A DNA stretch of 64,000 bases from an uncultured Gammaproteobacteria bacterium (GTDB lineage Bacteria; Patescibacteriota; Microgenomatia; Daviesbacterales; UBA10151), in assembly GCA_964392925.1 (NCBI GenBank), contig CAYMRP010000004.1, positions 71,184-135,183 of the forward strand, given 5' to 3'. Positions 24,965 through 32,859 of this stretch are shown piece by piece. The notes below the pieces were generated by a model. It made no database searches. It was not told where the DNA came from and worked only from the letters and a program-made list of their open reading frames with translations. The number at the start of each line of letters is the position of its first letter. Position 1 is the first letter of the stretch. The translations under genes and the position numbers were made by a program.

Positions 24965-26511
24965 AAAAAATAATTACTTCAATACTATTAATAATCTTCA
25001 GTTTCGTAATTCTAACTCTTTCTATAAGGGGCATAGCTGGTAATCCTAGTGATGCTACCATTAACGAACCGTACTGGAAAGATAATGGTCCTTTAGAGCT
25101 CTCACCTGAAAGAGGTAAATTTGCTCTGACATATTCCTTCGTTGAGGATAATTCTGTTCATTTCTCGGTTCCAATAGCAAAATTCTCGACACCCGACTTA
25201 GGTTATAGTAAAGGTAATTATGTCTCACTTTTTGCACCAGGCGTAGCCTATATAACAATACCAGGATATATTATAGGTAAGGAATTTGGCTCTTCGCAAG
25301 TTGGCACTTATGCTGTAATAGCATTATTCGCGATAATGAACGCAGCCTTAATAAATTTAATCCTCCTAAGGCTTGGTGTAAGGAGTATTTTATCTGCTAT
25401 AAGTAGTATCATTTTTCTATTCGCGACACCGGCTTTCGCATATGCCGTATCTCTATATCAGCATCATATATCCACATTTATAATACTTCTAAGTGTATAT
25501 CTGCTGCAAAGATTTAAAGGAATTTGGCCACTGGTAATTATATGGTTTATCTTAGCCATATCTTTAGCAGTAGATAATCCAAATCTTTTTATGGTTTTCC
25601 CGATCGGGATATATGCATTAGGGCGAGTAGTTTACGCAAAAATTGATCAGAACAAGGTTAAGGTAGGAGTGAAGACATTAGCAGTTCTGACTTTAGTCAC
25701 TGCTTTAGTCCCTCTTTTACTTTTCGGGTGGTTCAACAAAATATCTTATGGCGACGCTATGAGACTTGGAGGTACTGTGGCATCGGTTAAAGAAATAGAT
25801 GAACAAGGTAAGCCAGCTGCTCCAAAAAATACAGGAACAACTAATGTTGCCCAGTTTATCAATCCTGATCAGCAAAAAAAGTCAGCTCTCAGATTCTTTA
25901 AGACCAGAAATATATTAAACGGCTTTTATATTCATTTTATTAGTCCTGACAGAGGCATTATATATTTTACACCGGTCATACTATTGGGTTTCATTGGAAT
26001 GTTTTATTTTTACAGGAAAGATTCGGGATTAACGTCTCTTCTTATTGCAATCATGGGAACAAATATCCTGCTGTATTCTATGTGGGGTGATGCATGGGGA
26101 GGATGGGCGTTTGGTTCGAGATATTTAGTACCTTCTTATGCAATACTCGCCATTTTCCTTGGTGTCGCCCTAAACAGGTTCCATCGGAATATTATATTTA
26201 TACTTGTGTTCTTATCTCTTTTTGTATATTCGGCAGCTATAAATACCGTAGGTGCTATTACTTCCAATAGAAATCCTCCTCAGGTTGAAGTTTTGGGTCT
26301 GGAGCAGCTAACAGGCAAACAAGAAAAATACACTTATGAAAGAAATTTTGACATGCTAGGCATTAATCAATCTAAATCTTTTGTATTTAATACTACAGTT
26401 AACAAATATTTCACTGCATGGGAATACTACTATTTCCTGACGGGGCTAATTATTCTCTCAGTGGCATTGCCATTAATTACACTTAACGCACTAGACTGGA
26501 GAAGAAAATGA
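24961..26511 (+). CDS. Polytopic membrane protein, GT-C-like (ArnT/PMT/YfhO-type) candidate
   Basis: More than 10 TM spans and a first-loop acidic pair (VEDN). The size and topology resemble lipid-linked-sugar transferases. The call rests on topology only. Confidence 0.4.
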   Translation: MKKIITSILLIIFSFVILTLSIRGIAGNPSDATINEPYWKDNGPLELSPERGKFALTYSFVEDNSVHFSVPIAKFSTPDLGYSKGNYVSLFAPGVAYITIPGYIIGKEFGSSQVGTYAVIALFAIMNAALINLILLRLGVRSILSAISSIIFLFATPAFAYAVSLYQHHISTFIILLSVYLLQRFKGIWPLVIIWFILAISLAVDNPNLFMVFPIGIYALGRVVYAKIDQNKVKVGVKTLAVLTLVTALVPLLLFGWFNKISYGDAMRLGGTVASVKEIDEQGKPAAPKNTGTTNVAQFINPDQQKKSALRFFKTRNILNGFYIHFISPDRGIIYFTPVILLGFIGMFYFYRKDSGLTSLLIAIMGTNILLYSMWGDAWGGWAFGSRYLVPSYAILAIFLGVALNRFHRNIIFILVFLSLFVYSAAINTVGAITSNRNPPQVEVLGLEQLTGKQEKYTYERNFDMLGINQSKSFVFNTTVNKYFTAWEYYYFLTGLIILSVALPLITLNALDWRRK

Positions 26512-28166
26512 TAAAAATAAATAAGTTAGCTGAAATAGAAATAGAGCTTAATGTCTCTTTACTAGACAAAATTAAAGATTTTTTCTCTAAGTATGGACTC
26601 TACTTCATAATTTTAATACTTTCAGGCATTTCCGTAGGCGGATTTCTATACTTTCTTGAAAACGGATTAGGGCTCGCATACAACGATGCCAGATCCCATT
26701 TAAATATTGGCCGAAGAGTAGTAGAAGGGTTAAAGCCAGGTTTCGCCCAAATTGGTAGTGTCTGGTTACCTCTACCTCACGTTCTAATGATTCCTACAAT
26801 CTGGAATGATTTTATGTGGCACACAGGTTTATCCGGTGCAATTGTCTCGATGTCCTCCTTTATTGGAACAGGTGTATTAGTCTATAAGTTCCTTCAAAAA
26901 CTAGGAGCAGGATTAATGGGTAGATGGATGGGAGTTCTTGTGCTGGTAGCAAACATTAATATTCTATATTTGCAATCTACCGCAATGACTGAACTATTAT
27001 TACTTTTCACAATGACCGCCGCAGCCTACGACCTAATGATCTGGCACCAATCAAGCAGAATTATTAATCTGGTTAAAGCCGCATTTTGGATAATGTTATC
27101 AACTCTCGTCAGATATGATGGTTGGTTCCTATTTTTCGTATCAGTTATTCTTATAGTCATTAATCTTATGCGGGTGGGTAGTTTTAAAATAAAGGATCTC
27201 CCTGCTAAATATTTCAAAATAGAGGGAGTCGTCATTGCTTTCTGTACGTTAGCAGGTCTTGGAGTTTTTCTATGGTTACTATGGAACCTATTAATTTTTA
27301 AAGATCCGTTTTTCTTTGCCTTTGGCCCATACTCAGCTCATGCCCAGCAACAGCAATTAGAAAGTGCGGGGGAGTTAATTACCAAACATGATTGGTTTCT
27401 TTCAGCTAAGTTTTATACATATGCTCTAGCCTATAATTCCGGAGCTTTCTCAGCACTTCTTGGGATATTTGGGTTAGTAGCTATTTGGTTCGATAAGAAG
27501 CTATTAACACCGGTAAAATTTGCAGTGTTTGCTTTAGTTGCACCACTTTTATTCAATATATTAGCATTATACCTTGGGCATTCAGTTCTATTTATCCAAG
27601 GACTTTCTGGTGATGTCTGGTTCAATGTCCGATACGGCATTATGATGATGCCATCAATAGCAATCTTTATTGGTTTTCTTATCGATAGGGTTAAGAATCT
27701 TAGAGCAGTCCTTATCGGGCTTTTACTACTTACGATTTTCTTCCAGTTCCAAAACTTTGATGCAGTTACTATTGATGATGCCAGAGTTGGATCTTCTCAG
27801 AAAAATGTCAGCGAAGTATCAGATTGGCTATCTCAAAATGCTAAAGATAGGGATGGGTTCATTTTAATCTCAGCAGCCTCACACGACGCTATTATTTTTT
27901 CATCTGGATTACCAATGAAAAAATTTATCCATGAAGGTACCGGCAGATATTGGGAATCCGCAACAACAAATCCTGAAAGATGGGCAAGATGGATTATTGC
28001 CAGAACTCATGACAATAACGATTCTACGTGGAGAGCTGTATCGCAAACTCCAGATATTAATAACTATATTCTTGTTAAGTCTTACCCGTTTGCAGATATC
28101 TACGAACTAAAGCCAGAGTTCCTCCCTAACCTCAATACAAAACCTATCTTAGGCAAGCAAAAGTAG
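26508..28166 (+). CDS. Polytopic membrane protein, GT-C-like (ArnT/PMT family) candidate with a C-terminal soluble domain
   Basis: Has the first-loop block AYNDARSHLNIGRRV, about 11 TM spans and a ~150-aa periplasmic-type tail. The call rests on topology and motif only. Confidence 0.4.
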   Translation: MIKINKLAEIEIELNVSLLDKIKDFFSKYGLYFIILILSGISVGGFLYFLENGLGLAYNDARSHLNIGRRVVEGLKPGFAQIGSVWLPLPHVLMIPTIWNDFMWHTGLSGAIVSMSSFIGTGVLVYKFLQKLGAGLMGRWMGVLVLVANINILYLQSTAMTELLLLFTMTAAAYDLMIWHQSSRIINLVKAAFWIMLSTLVRYDGWFLFFVSVILIVINLMRVGSFKIKDLPAKYFKIEGVVIAFCTLAGLGVFLWLLWNLLIFKDPFFFAFGPYSAHAQQQQLESAGELITKHDWFLSAKFYTYALAYNSGAFSALLGIFGLVAIWFDKKLLTPVKFAVFALVAPLLFNILALYLGHSVLFIQGLSGDVWFNVRYGIMMMPSIAIFIGFLIDRVKNLRAVLIGLLLLTIFFQFQNFDAVTIDDARVGSSQKNVSEVSDWLSQNAKDRDGFILISAASHDAIIFSSGLPMKKFIHEGTGRYWESATTNPERWARWIIARTHDNNDSTWRAVSQTPDINNYILVKSYPFADIYELKPEFLPNLNTKPILGKQK

Positions 28167-28175
28167 TATTCTAAT

Positions 28176-29186
28176 ATGATCAAAAAAGTATTAATAGTCT
28201 CAGCTATAACAATAGTCATATTCTTGTTATTCTCCTACTTCAACTCAAAAATTGAAGAATATCATAAAGAATCTGCTCTAAAAAGAATTCATCTGTGGGA
28301 TTTTCGTTCGGTTGATACTGTAAAATATTCAAGAGATCTCGCACGCGAAATGATGGAGGATCAAGAATTCGATACCATTATTAGTAAACAAGTTAGTGAC
28401 ATAGCATTGCTAGGAGCTTCACATATTGCCATAAGTACTCCATACGATGCCGAATTCCTACCTTTCCTGAAAAGATGGGTTACCGTTGCAAGAGAGAAGA
28501 ATCTTAAAGTCTGGTTTAGAGGTAATTTTTCAGGCTGGGAAAATTGGTTTGGCTACGAAAGAATGACCAGAGAAGAACATAAAATATTACTCAAAGAGTT
28601 TATTGAAAATAATCCTGGTCTATTTGAAGATGGAGACATTTTTACCTCATGTCCTGAATGCGAGAACGGTGGACCAGGGGACCCGAGGCATAATGGTGAT
28701 GTAATAGGACATCGTAAATTCCTAATTGATGAATACAATATTTCTAAAGAATCATTTGCCAATATTGATAAGCAAGTTCAGCCTGGTTTTTATTCTATGA
28801 ATTATGATGTCGCAACTCTAGTTATGGATGAGGATACAACAAATAAGCTCGGAAACTTAGTAGTTATTGATCATTACATCAAAGATCCTGAAAAACTTGC
28901 CAAAGACGCAAGAAAGATAGCTGAGAAATCAAAAGGTGAAGTTGTTCTGGGTGAATTTGGTGCACCGATTCCTGACATACATGGAGCAATGACAGATAAG
29001 GCACAGGCTGACTGGATTAACCAAGCTTTGCAAGAAGTGAGTCTTGTTGAAGAAGTAACTGGTGTAAATTACTGGACTAATGTTGGAGGTTCTACCGAAT
29101 TGTGGAATTCAGGAGGTACTCCCAAAGCAGCTGTAGATATGATAAGAGAATATTATAAAAAAACAAAACTAATATCTCCACGTTGA
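28176..29186 (+). CDS. Anchored TIM-barrel glycoside-hydrolase-like protein (clan GH-A-like)
   Basis: Has an N-terminal anchor and VVLGEFGAP, which resembles a GH5-type nucleophile strand. The acid/base motif is not clear. Confidence 0.3.
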   Translation: MIKKVLIVSAITIVIFLLFSYFNSKIEEYHKESALKRIHLWDFRSVDTVKYSRDLAREMMEDQEFDTIISKQVSDIALLGASHIAISTPYDAEFLPFLKRWVTVAREKNLKVWFRGNFSGWENWFGYERMTREEHKILLKEFIENNPGLFEDGDIFTSCPECENGGPGDPRHNGDVIGHRKFLIDEYNISKESFANIDKQVQPGFYSMNYDVATLVMDEDTTNKLGNLVVIDHYIKDPEKLAKDARKIAEKSKGEVVLGEFGAPIPDIHGAMTDKAQADWINQALQEVSLVEEVTGVNYWTNVGGSTELWNSGGTPKAAVDMIREYYKKTKLISPR

Positions 29187-29218
29187 TTTAAACCCATAGT
29201 CGTGATACAATAACCCAT

Positions 29219-29244
29219 AATGTTTTTTATTATGATAAAAAACA
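29219..29244. repeat. Perfect 11-bp inverted repeat ATGTTTTTTAT-N4-ATAAAAAACAT between the glycan locus and the sortase-substrate gene
   Basis: Read directly from the sequence. It is an AT-only hairpin, so it could be a weak terminator or an operator. Confidence 0.6.
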
Positions 29245-29266
29245 TGCGAAATTTTTAATAAAACTT

Positions 29267-29905
29267 ATGAAGATAGTGTTCGTTATTTTTCTCGTTATTT
29301 TCAGCCTATTAATTAATTCAGGTCAAGCTCTCGCGTACGAAATACCTACCTTTACCTCCTGTGTTAACCCTCAAGGAGATCTCAAAGCTAACTATGAAAC
29401 TGGTACTCACGGAATTGCTGGCCGTCCAGGATTATTTGAAGGAAAAGACACCGTCTATGCAGTCGCGAGTAACGCCATTACTCAATGCTTTTGCCCAACC
29501 GATGGTAATGGTGTTCAGACAAATTTCTGGAAAATACCCGCTTTGACTCAATCTAAAATTAGTGTTCTTGAGGCTCAGGGTTGGATTTATATTCCCAACG
29601 GAGCATTGTGGGGATTAGAAAACGCTCCGTACCTAGCAAAAAATTCAGACTATAGCTGTAAATCATCAGGTGGAAGTAACGATAGTTCAGGTAGTTCTGG
29701 AGGTAGTAATGGATCTGGATCATCAGGCAGTAATTCTGGAGCTGGGGGCTCCTCATCTCTTTCAGTATCGGGCGGAGTAGGGCAGGTTTTAGGTCTCGCC
29801 TCAACCGGAAATACAATTTTTGTCTTAGGCACTGCTCTAACTTCAGGAATATCCCTGCTTCTGGGCCTTATTCTAAAAAGAAGAACAACAAATTTATCCA
29901 AGTAA
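29267..29905 (+). CDS. Sortase-anchored surface protein (signal peptide, Cys-containing domain, Ser/Gly stalk, LASTG sorting signal)
   Basis: LASTG lies at 29795-29809. It is followed by a hydrophobic span (NTIFVLGTALTSGISLLLGLIL) and a KRR tail, the classic cell-wall sorting signal layout. Confidence 0.75.
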   Translation: MKIVFVIFLVIFSLLINSGQALAYEIPTFTSCVNPQGDLKANYETGTHGIAGRPGLFEGKDTVYAVASNAITQCFCPTDGNGVQTNFWKIPALTQSKISVLEAQGWIYIPNGALWGLENAPYLAKNSDYSCKSSGGSNDSSGSSGGSNGSGSSGSNSGAGGSSSLSVSGGVGQVLGLASTGNTIFVLGTALTSGISLLLGLILKRRTTNLSK

Positions 29906-29906
29906 A

Positions 29907-30485
29907 ATGGCAAAATATAATGAGGGTACAAAACTAACTCAGTCTGTTTTTTTAGGTAACCTATTACTTATTTTTGGTCTAATAAGTTTTATAGCCTTCA
30001 GCTACCTGATATTCCAAAGATATAATCCTCAAAACTTAGCTTTTGATTTACCTGAAGCAATCGCCGTCTCTGATAATGAAAATTCTGAACTTCAGCCTAT
30101 TGGTTTAAGAATAAATTCTATAGATTTAGCTCTCTCAATTACTCCTGCGGAAATTAAAAATAATAATTGGCAGGCTTTTCCTAACGCAATTTCCTATCTT
30201 AAAACTACGGTTGTTCCAGGAGCCAAAGGTAATAGCGTTCTGTATGGTCATAACTGGCCAAATCTATTAGGTGATCTAAAAAAAGTAAAACCCGGCGACA
30301 ATATTAATATAATTTACTCAGACAACTCATCAAAAGATTTTGAAATCGAATTTATAACAAAAGTACTTCCTTCCGAAACCTCTATCCTTAAAGATTCACC
30401 AGACAATAGGGTAACTCTTTACACCTGTACCGGATTTCTCGACTCAGAAAGACTAGTGGTTATCGCAAAACTTCTTAATTCTTAA
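29907..30485 (+). CDS. Sortase (class E-like; LAxTG-type substrate adjacent)
   Basis: Has an N-terminal anchor, the catalytic His block LYGHNW, the TLYTC Cys motif and a late Arg (ERLVV). Confidence 0.8.
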   Translation: MAKYNEGTKLTQSVFLGNLLLIFGLISFIAFSYLIFQRYNPQNLAFDLPEAIAVSDNENSELQPIGLRINSIDLALSITPAEIKNNNWQAFPNAISYLKTTVVPGAKGNSVLYGHNWPNLLGDLKKVKPGDNINIIYSDNSSKDFEIEFITKVLPSETSILKDSPDNRVTLYTCTGFLDSERLVVIAKLLNS

Positions 30486-30507
30486 TTAGTCCTGTTAGAA
30501 TAGCTCT

Positions 30508-30678
30508 GTGGCCAAAGCAATAATTAGATTTATCAAAAATGACACAGTTTTTTGGCTATTCTTTATAGTCCTTTGTTTTATTATGCTGACATTTATTATG
30601 AAGAAAGAGGATATAAAAGTAACTATAACTTTGAGTGAGCCTTACGATAATAAAGTGATCACATTATTTGGTCGTTGA
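30508..30678 (+). CDS. Possible 56-aa anchored small protein
   Basis: A GTG-initiated ORF with one TM span (VFWLFFIVLCFIMLTFI). It is below the ORF-track cut-off. Confidence 0.25.
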   Translation: MAKAIIRFIKNDTVFWLFFIVLCFIMLTFIMKKEDIKVTITLSEPYDNKVITLFGR

Positions 30679-30693
30679 CTGTGACTGGTCCGC

Positions 30694-31389
30694 TTGCCAA
30701 AAAAGAATGATAGTGGTATAAAACCTGTTGGGATGAGTGAGAAGTCGTTTACAGTAATTTTCATAGCTATAACAATTGTTGCCGTTATTGGAATAATTGC
30801 GACCCGGTTAATAAGTTCTACTTCACCGGCTCCTTCTCCGTCTGCGGCTTCAGAACCGCAGCCAACCCAGCCAGTGCAGGAAGAAGCTACTCAAGCCGCC
30901 AATGTTATGAATGATAAAAAATCTTACACCCAAGCCCCAACCCCAATGCCTGCAGCTCAGTTAAAAAATAAAAAAGCTGTCATTGAAACCACCAAAGGCA
31001 ATATTGAGTTTGAAATTTATCCTGAAGCCTCTCAGGCCGCGACTAACTTCATCTTCCTTGCTAATGAAGGATTCTATGACAATTTAACTTTCCATCGTGT
31101 CGTTCCCGGCTTTGTTATTCAAGGCGGAGATCCTCTAGGTAATGGGACAGGCGGTCCAGGCTACCGATTTAATGACGAACCCGTTAAGCGCAAATATGAT
31201 AAAGGTATAGTCGCTATGGCTAATTCAGGTCCGAACACAAATGGTTCTCAGTTCTTCATCATGCTTGATAATAATCCTGATTTACCTGCTAAATATACTA
31301 TTTTTGGCAAAGTTACTAAAGGTCAGGACATAGTAGATGAAATAGCTGTCGGGGATGTCATGACTAAAGTTACAATTTCTCCAAAATAA
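30694..31389 (+). CDS. Membrane-anchored cyclophilin-type peptidyl-prolyl isomerase
   Basis: Contains FHRVVPGFVIQGGDP, MANSGPNTNGSQFFI and an N-terminal TM helix. The start is TTG at 30694 or ATG at 30733. Confidence 0.85.
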   Translation: MPKKNDSGIKPVGMSEKSFTVIFIAITIVAVIGIIATRLISSTSPAPSPSAASEPQPTQPVQEEATQAANVMNDKKSYTQAPTPMPAAQLKNKKAVIETTKGNIEFEIYPEASQAATNFIFLANEGFYDNLTFHRVVPGFVIQGGDPLGNGTGGPGYRFNDEPVKRKYDKGIVAMANSGPNTNGSQFFIMLDNNPDLPAKYTIFGKVTKGQDIVDEIAVGDVMTKVTISPK

Positions 31390-31615
31390 TTTCTCTCTTT
31401 CTTAAATCCAGTTTATGTAAATGAAGATTAATTAAGTGTGGCTGGGGTATTTAGTGCGCTGATACTGAAGCTGCAATCGAAAAAACAAAAAAAGTAAAAA
31501 CAATTGCTATTAATATAAGTGCTTGAATCCGCATCTATCTTTAAAACTACCACACACGCTCATTAGAGTCAAAGCTTTATAGATCTTAACTCCTGATTCT
31601 TGATACACTAATCAA

Positions 31616-32194
31616 ATGACCGGCAGAACTCACGACCTAGCAGCCTTTACCGCTTTATCATATGTGATCGCCACTCAGCCTCTTCCAGAGCACATCTCTT
31701 TGGCCACCGGTATTGTTGCTATCTCCGCCAATTTTATCGGCGGACTGGCACCTGATATTGACCAATCAACAGCTACTCTTTGGGGCAGGCTTAGAGGTGG
31801 TTCGGTATGGGGTAGAATATTCGCTCCTCTTTTTGGAGGCCATCGGTTCATCTCTCACTCCTTAATAGGTATCGCTTTATTTGGTATTGGCTCAAAGTTA
31901 ATTCTTCAGGCAATGAGCTCTGTTTTGATAGTTGATATGGATATAGTTTGGTGGGCTTTTATGATTGGTTTTGTCTCGCACCTCTTAATGGATACTATCA
32001 CCCGTGACGGCGTTCCTTGGCTTTTTCCAATCCCAATTCGCTTCGGCGTACCTCCACTCAGATTTCTTAGATTAAAAACCGGTGGTCTATTAGAAAAATC
32101 ATTTATTTTCCCCTCACTTATCCTGATAAATATCTGGATTTACTATCGTTACTACGATCGTTTCTTAGAAATTCTCCGGAATTACATAAAATAA
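31616..32194 (+). CDS. Membrane-bound metal-dependent hydrolase (YdjM/DUF457 family)
   Basis: Contains THDL, PDIDQ, SHSL and HLLMDTIT, His/Asp clusters in TM helices typical of DUF457. Confidence 0.6.
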   Translation: MTGRTHDLAAFTALSYVIATQPLPEHISLATGIVAISANFIGGLAPDIDQSTATLWGRLRGGSVWGRIFAPLFGGHRFISHSLIGIALFGIGSKLILQAMSSVLIVDMDIVWWAFMIGFVSHLLMDTITRDGVPWLFPIPIRFGVPPLRFLRLKTGGLLEKSFIFPSLILINIWIYYRYYDRFLEILRNYIK

Positions 32195-32235
32195 AGTCCT
32201 AGCTGAGCTTGCAAGTTATATTTTAGGCTAGTCTA

Positions 32236-32340
32236 ATACAACATCTAGTGTATTGACAGTTACCTAAGACAATATGTTAATCTTATTTTTACATTAATAC
32301 ATGTTGAGTCTTCAAGACCAATGAGGTACAATATGTTGTA
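32236..32340 (+). promoter_or_regulatory. Candidate NrdR-box region upstream of, and overlapping, the nrdR start
   Basis: ATACAACATCTAGTGTAT lies at 32236-32253. ACAATATGTT occurs twice (32269-32278 and 32328-32337). The last copy forms the near-palindrome TACAATATGTTGTA (32327-32340) that ends on the A of the ATG. The motifs resemble the acaCwAtATaTwGtgt consensus only in part. Confidence 0.35.
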
Positions 32341-32792
32341 TGTATTGCCCATTTTGCAGATCCTTACAGAGCAGTGTTATCGATAAAAGATCGGTAAAAG
32401 GCACTGGTGAAATTAGACGTAGAAGAGAGTGCCTGAAATGTAAAAGACGCTACACTACCTACGAACGGGCAAGCGCAGTCGAGTTATTAGTTATCAAGCG
32501 GGACGGTAGAAGACAGCCTTTTGATATTGAAAAACTCAGAATGGGACTTGAAAGATGTCTGGAAAAGCGTCCGGCTTATCAGAATCTAGATGTCATCCTG
32601 GCTAAACTTGAGCGTAAAATCCGCTCTAAGGAAGTAGCTGAGATTGACAGCAAGGTTATCGGTCGGGAAGTACTCGGAGAACTTAAAAAGCTGGACCAAA
32701 TAGCTTATTTAAGATTTGTTTCCGTTTACAGACAATTTAAGCAGGCCAGCGATTTTACAAAAGAACTCGCAAACCTGAAGCTAGAAGAGTAG
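32340..32792 (+). CDS. nrdR: NrdR transcriptional repressor (zinc ribbon plus ATP-cone)
   Basis: Contains MYCPFCRS...CLKCKRRYTTYE followed by an ATP-cone (VIKRDGRRQPF). Confidence 0.92.
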   Translation: MYCPFCRSLQSSVIDKRSVKGTGEIRRRRECLKCKRRYTTYERASAVELLVIKRDGRRQPFDIEKLRMGLERCLEKRPAYQNLDVILAKLERKIRSKEVAEIDSKVIGREVLGELKKLDQIAYLRFVSVYRQFKQASDFTKELANLKLEE

Positions 32793-32817
32793 AGTTCGTT
32801 GAAAGCTTCGCTTCCAA

Positions 32818-32852
32818 AAGAACTTGCCAACTTAAAATTAGAAGAATACTAA
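32818..32852 (+). repeat. In-frame, synonymously diverged duplicate of the nrdR C-terminal decapeptide (KELANLKLEE) downstream of the nrdR TAG
   Basis: Codons 32817-32846 encode KELANLKLEE, the same peptide as 32760-32789. They differ at 7 nt, all synonymous. The copy is in the nrdR frame and ends Y-TAA at 32847-32852. Confidence 0.8.
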
Positions 32853-32859
32853 AAATAAA

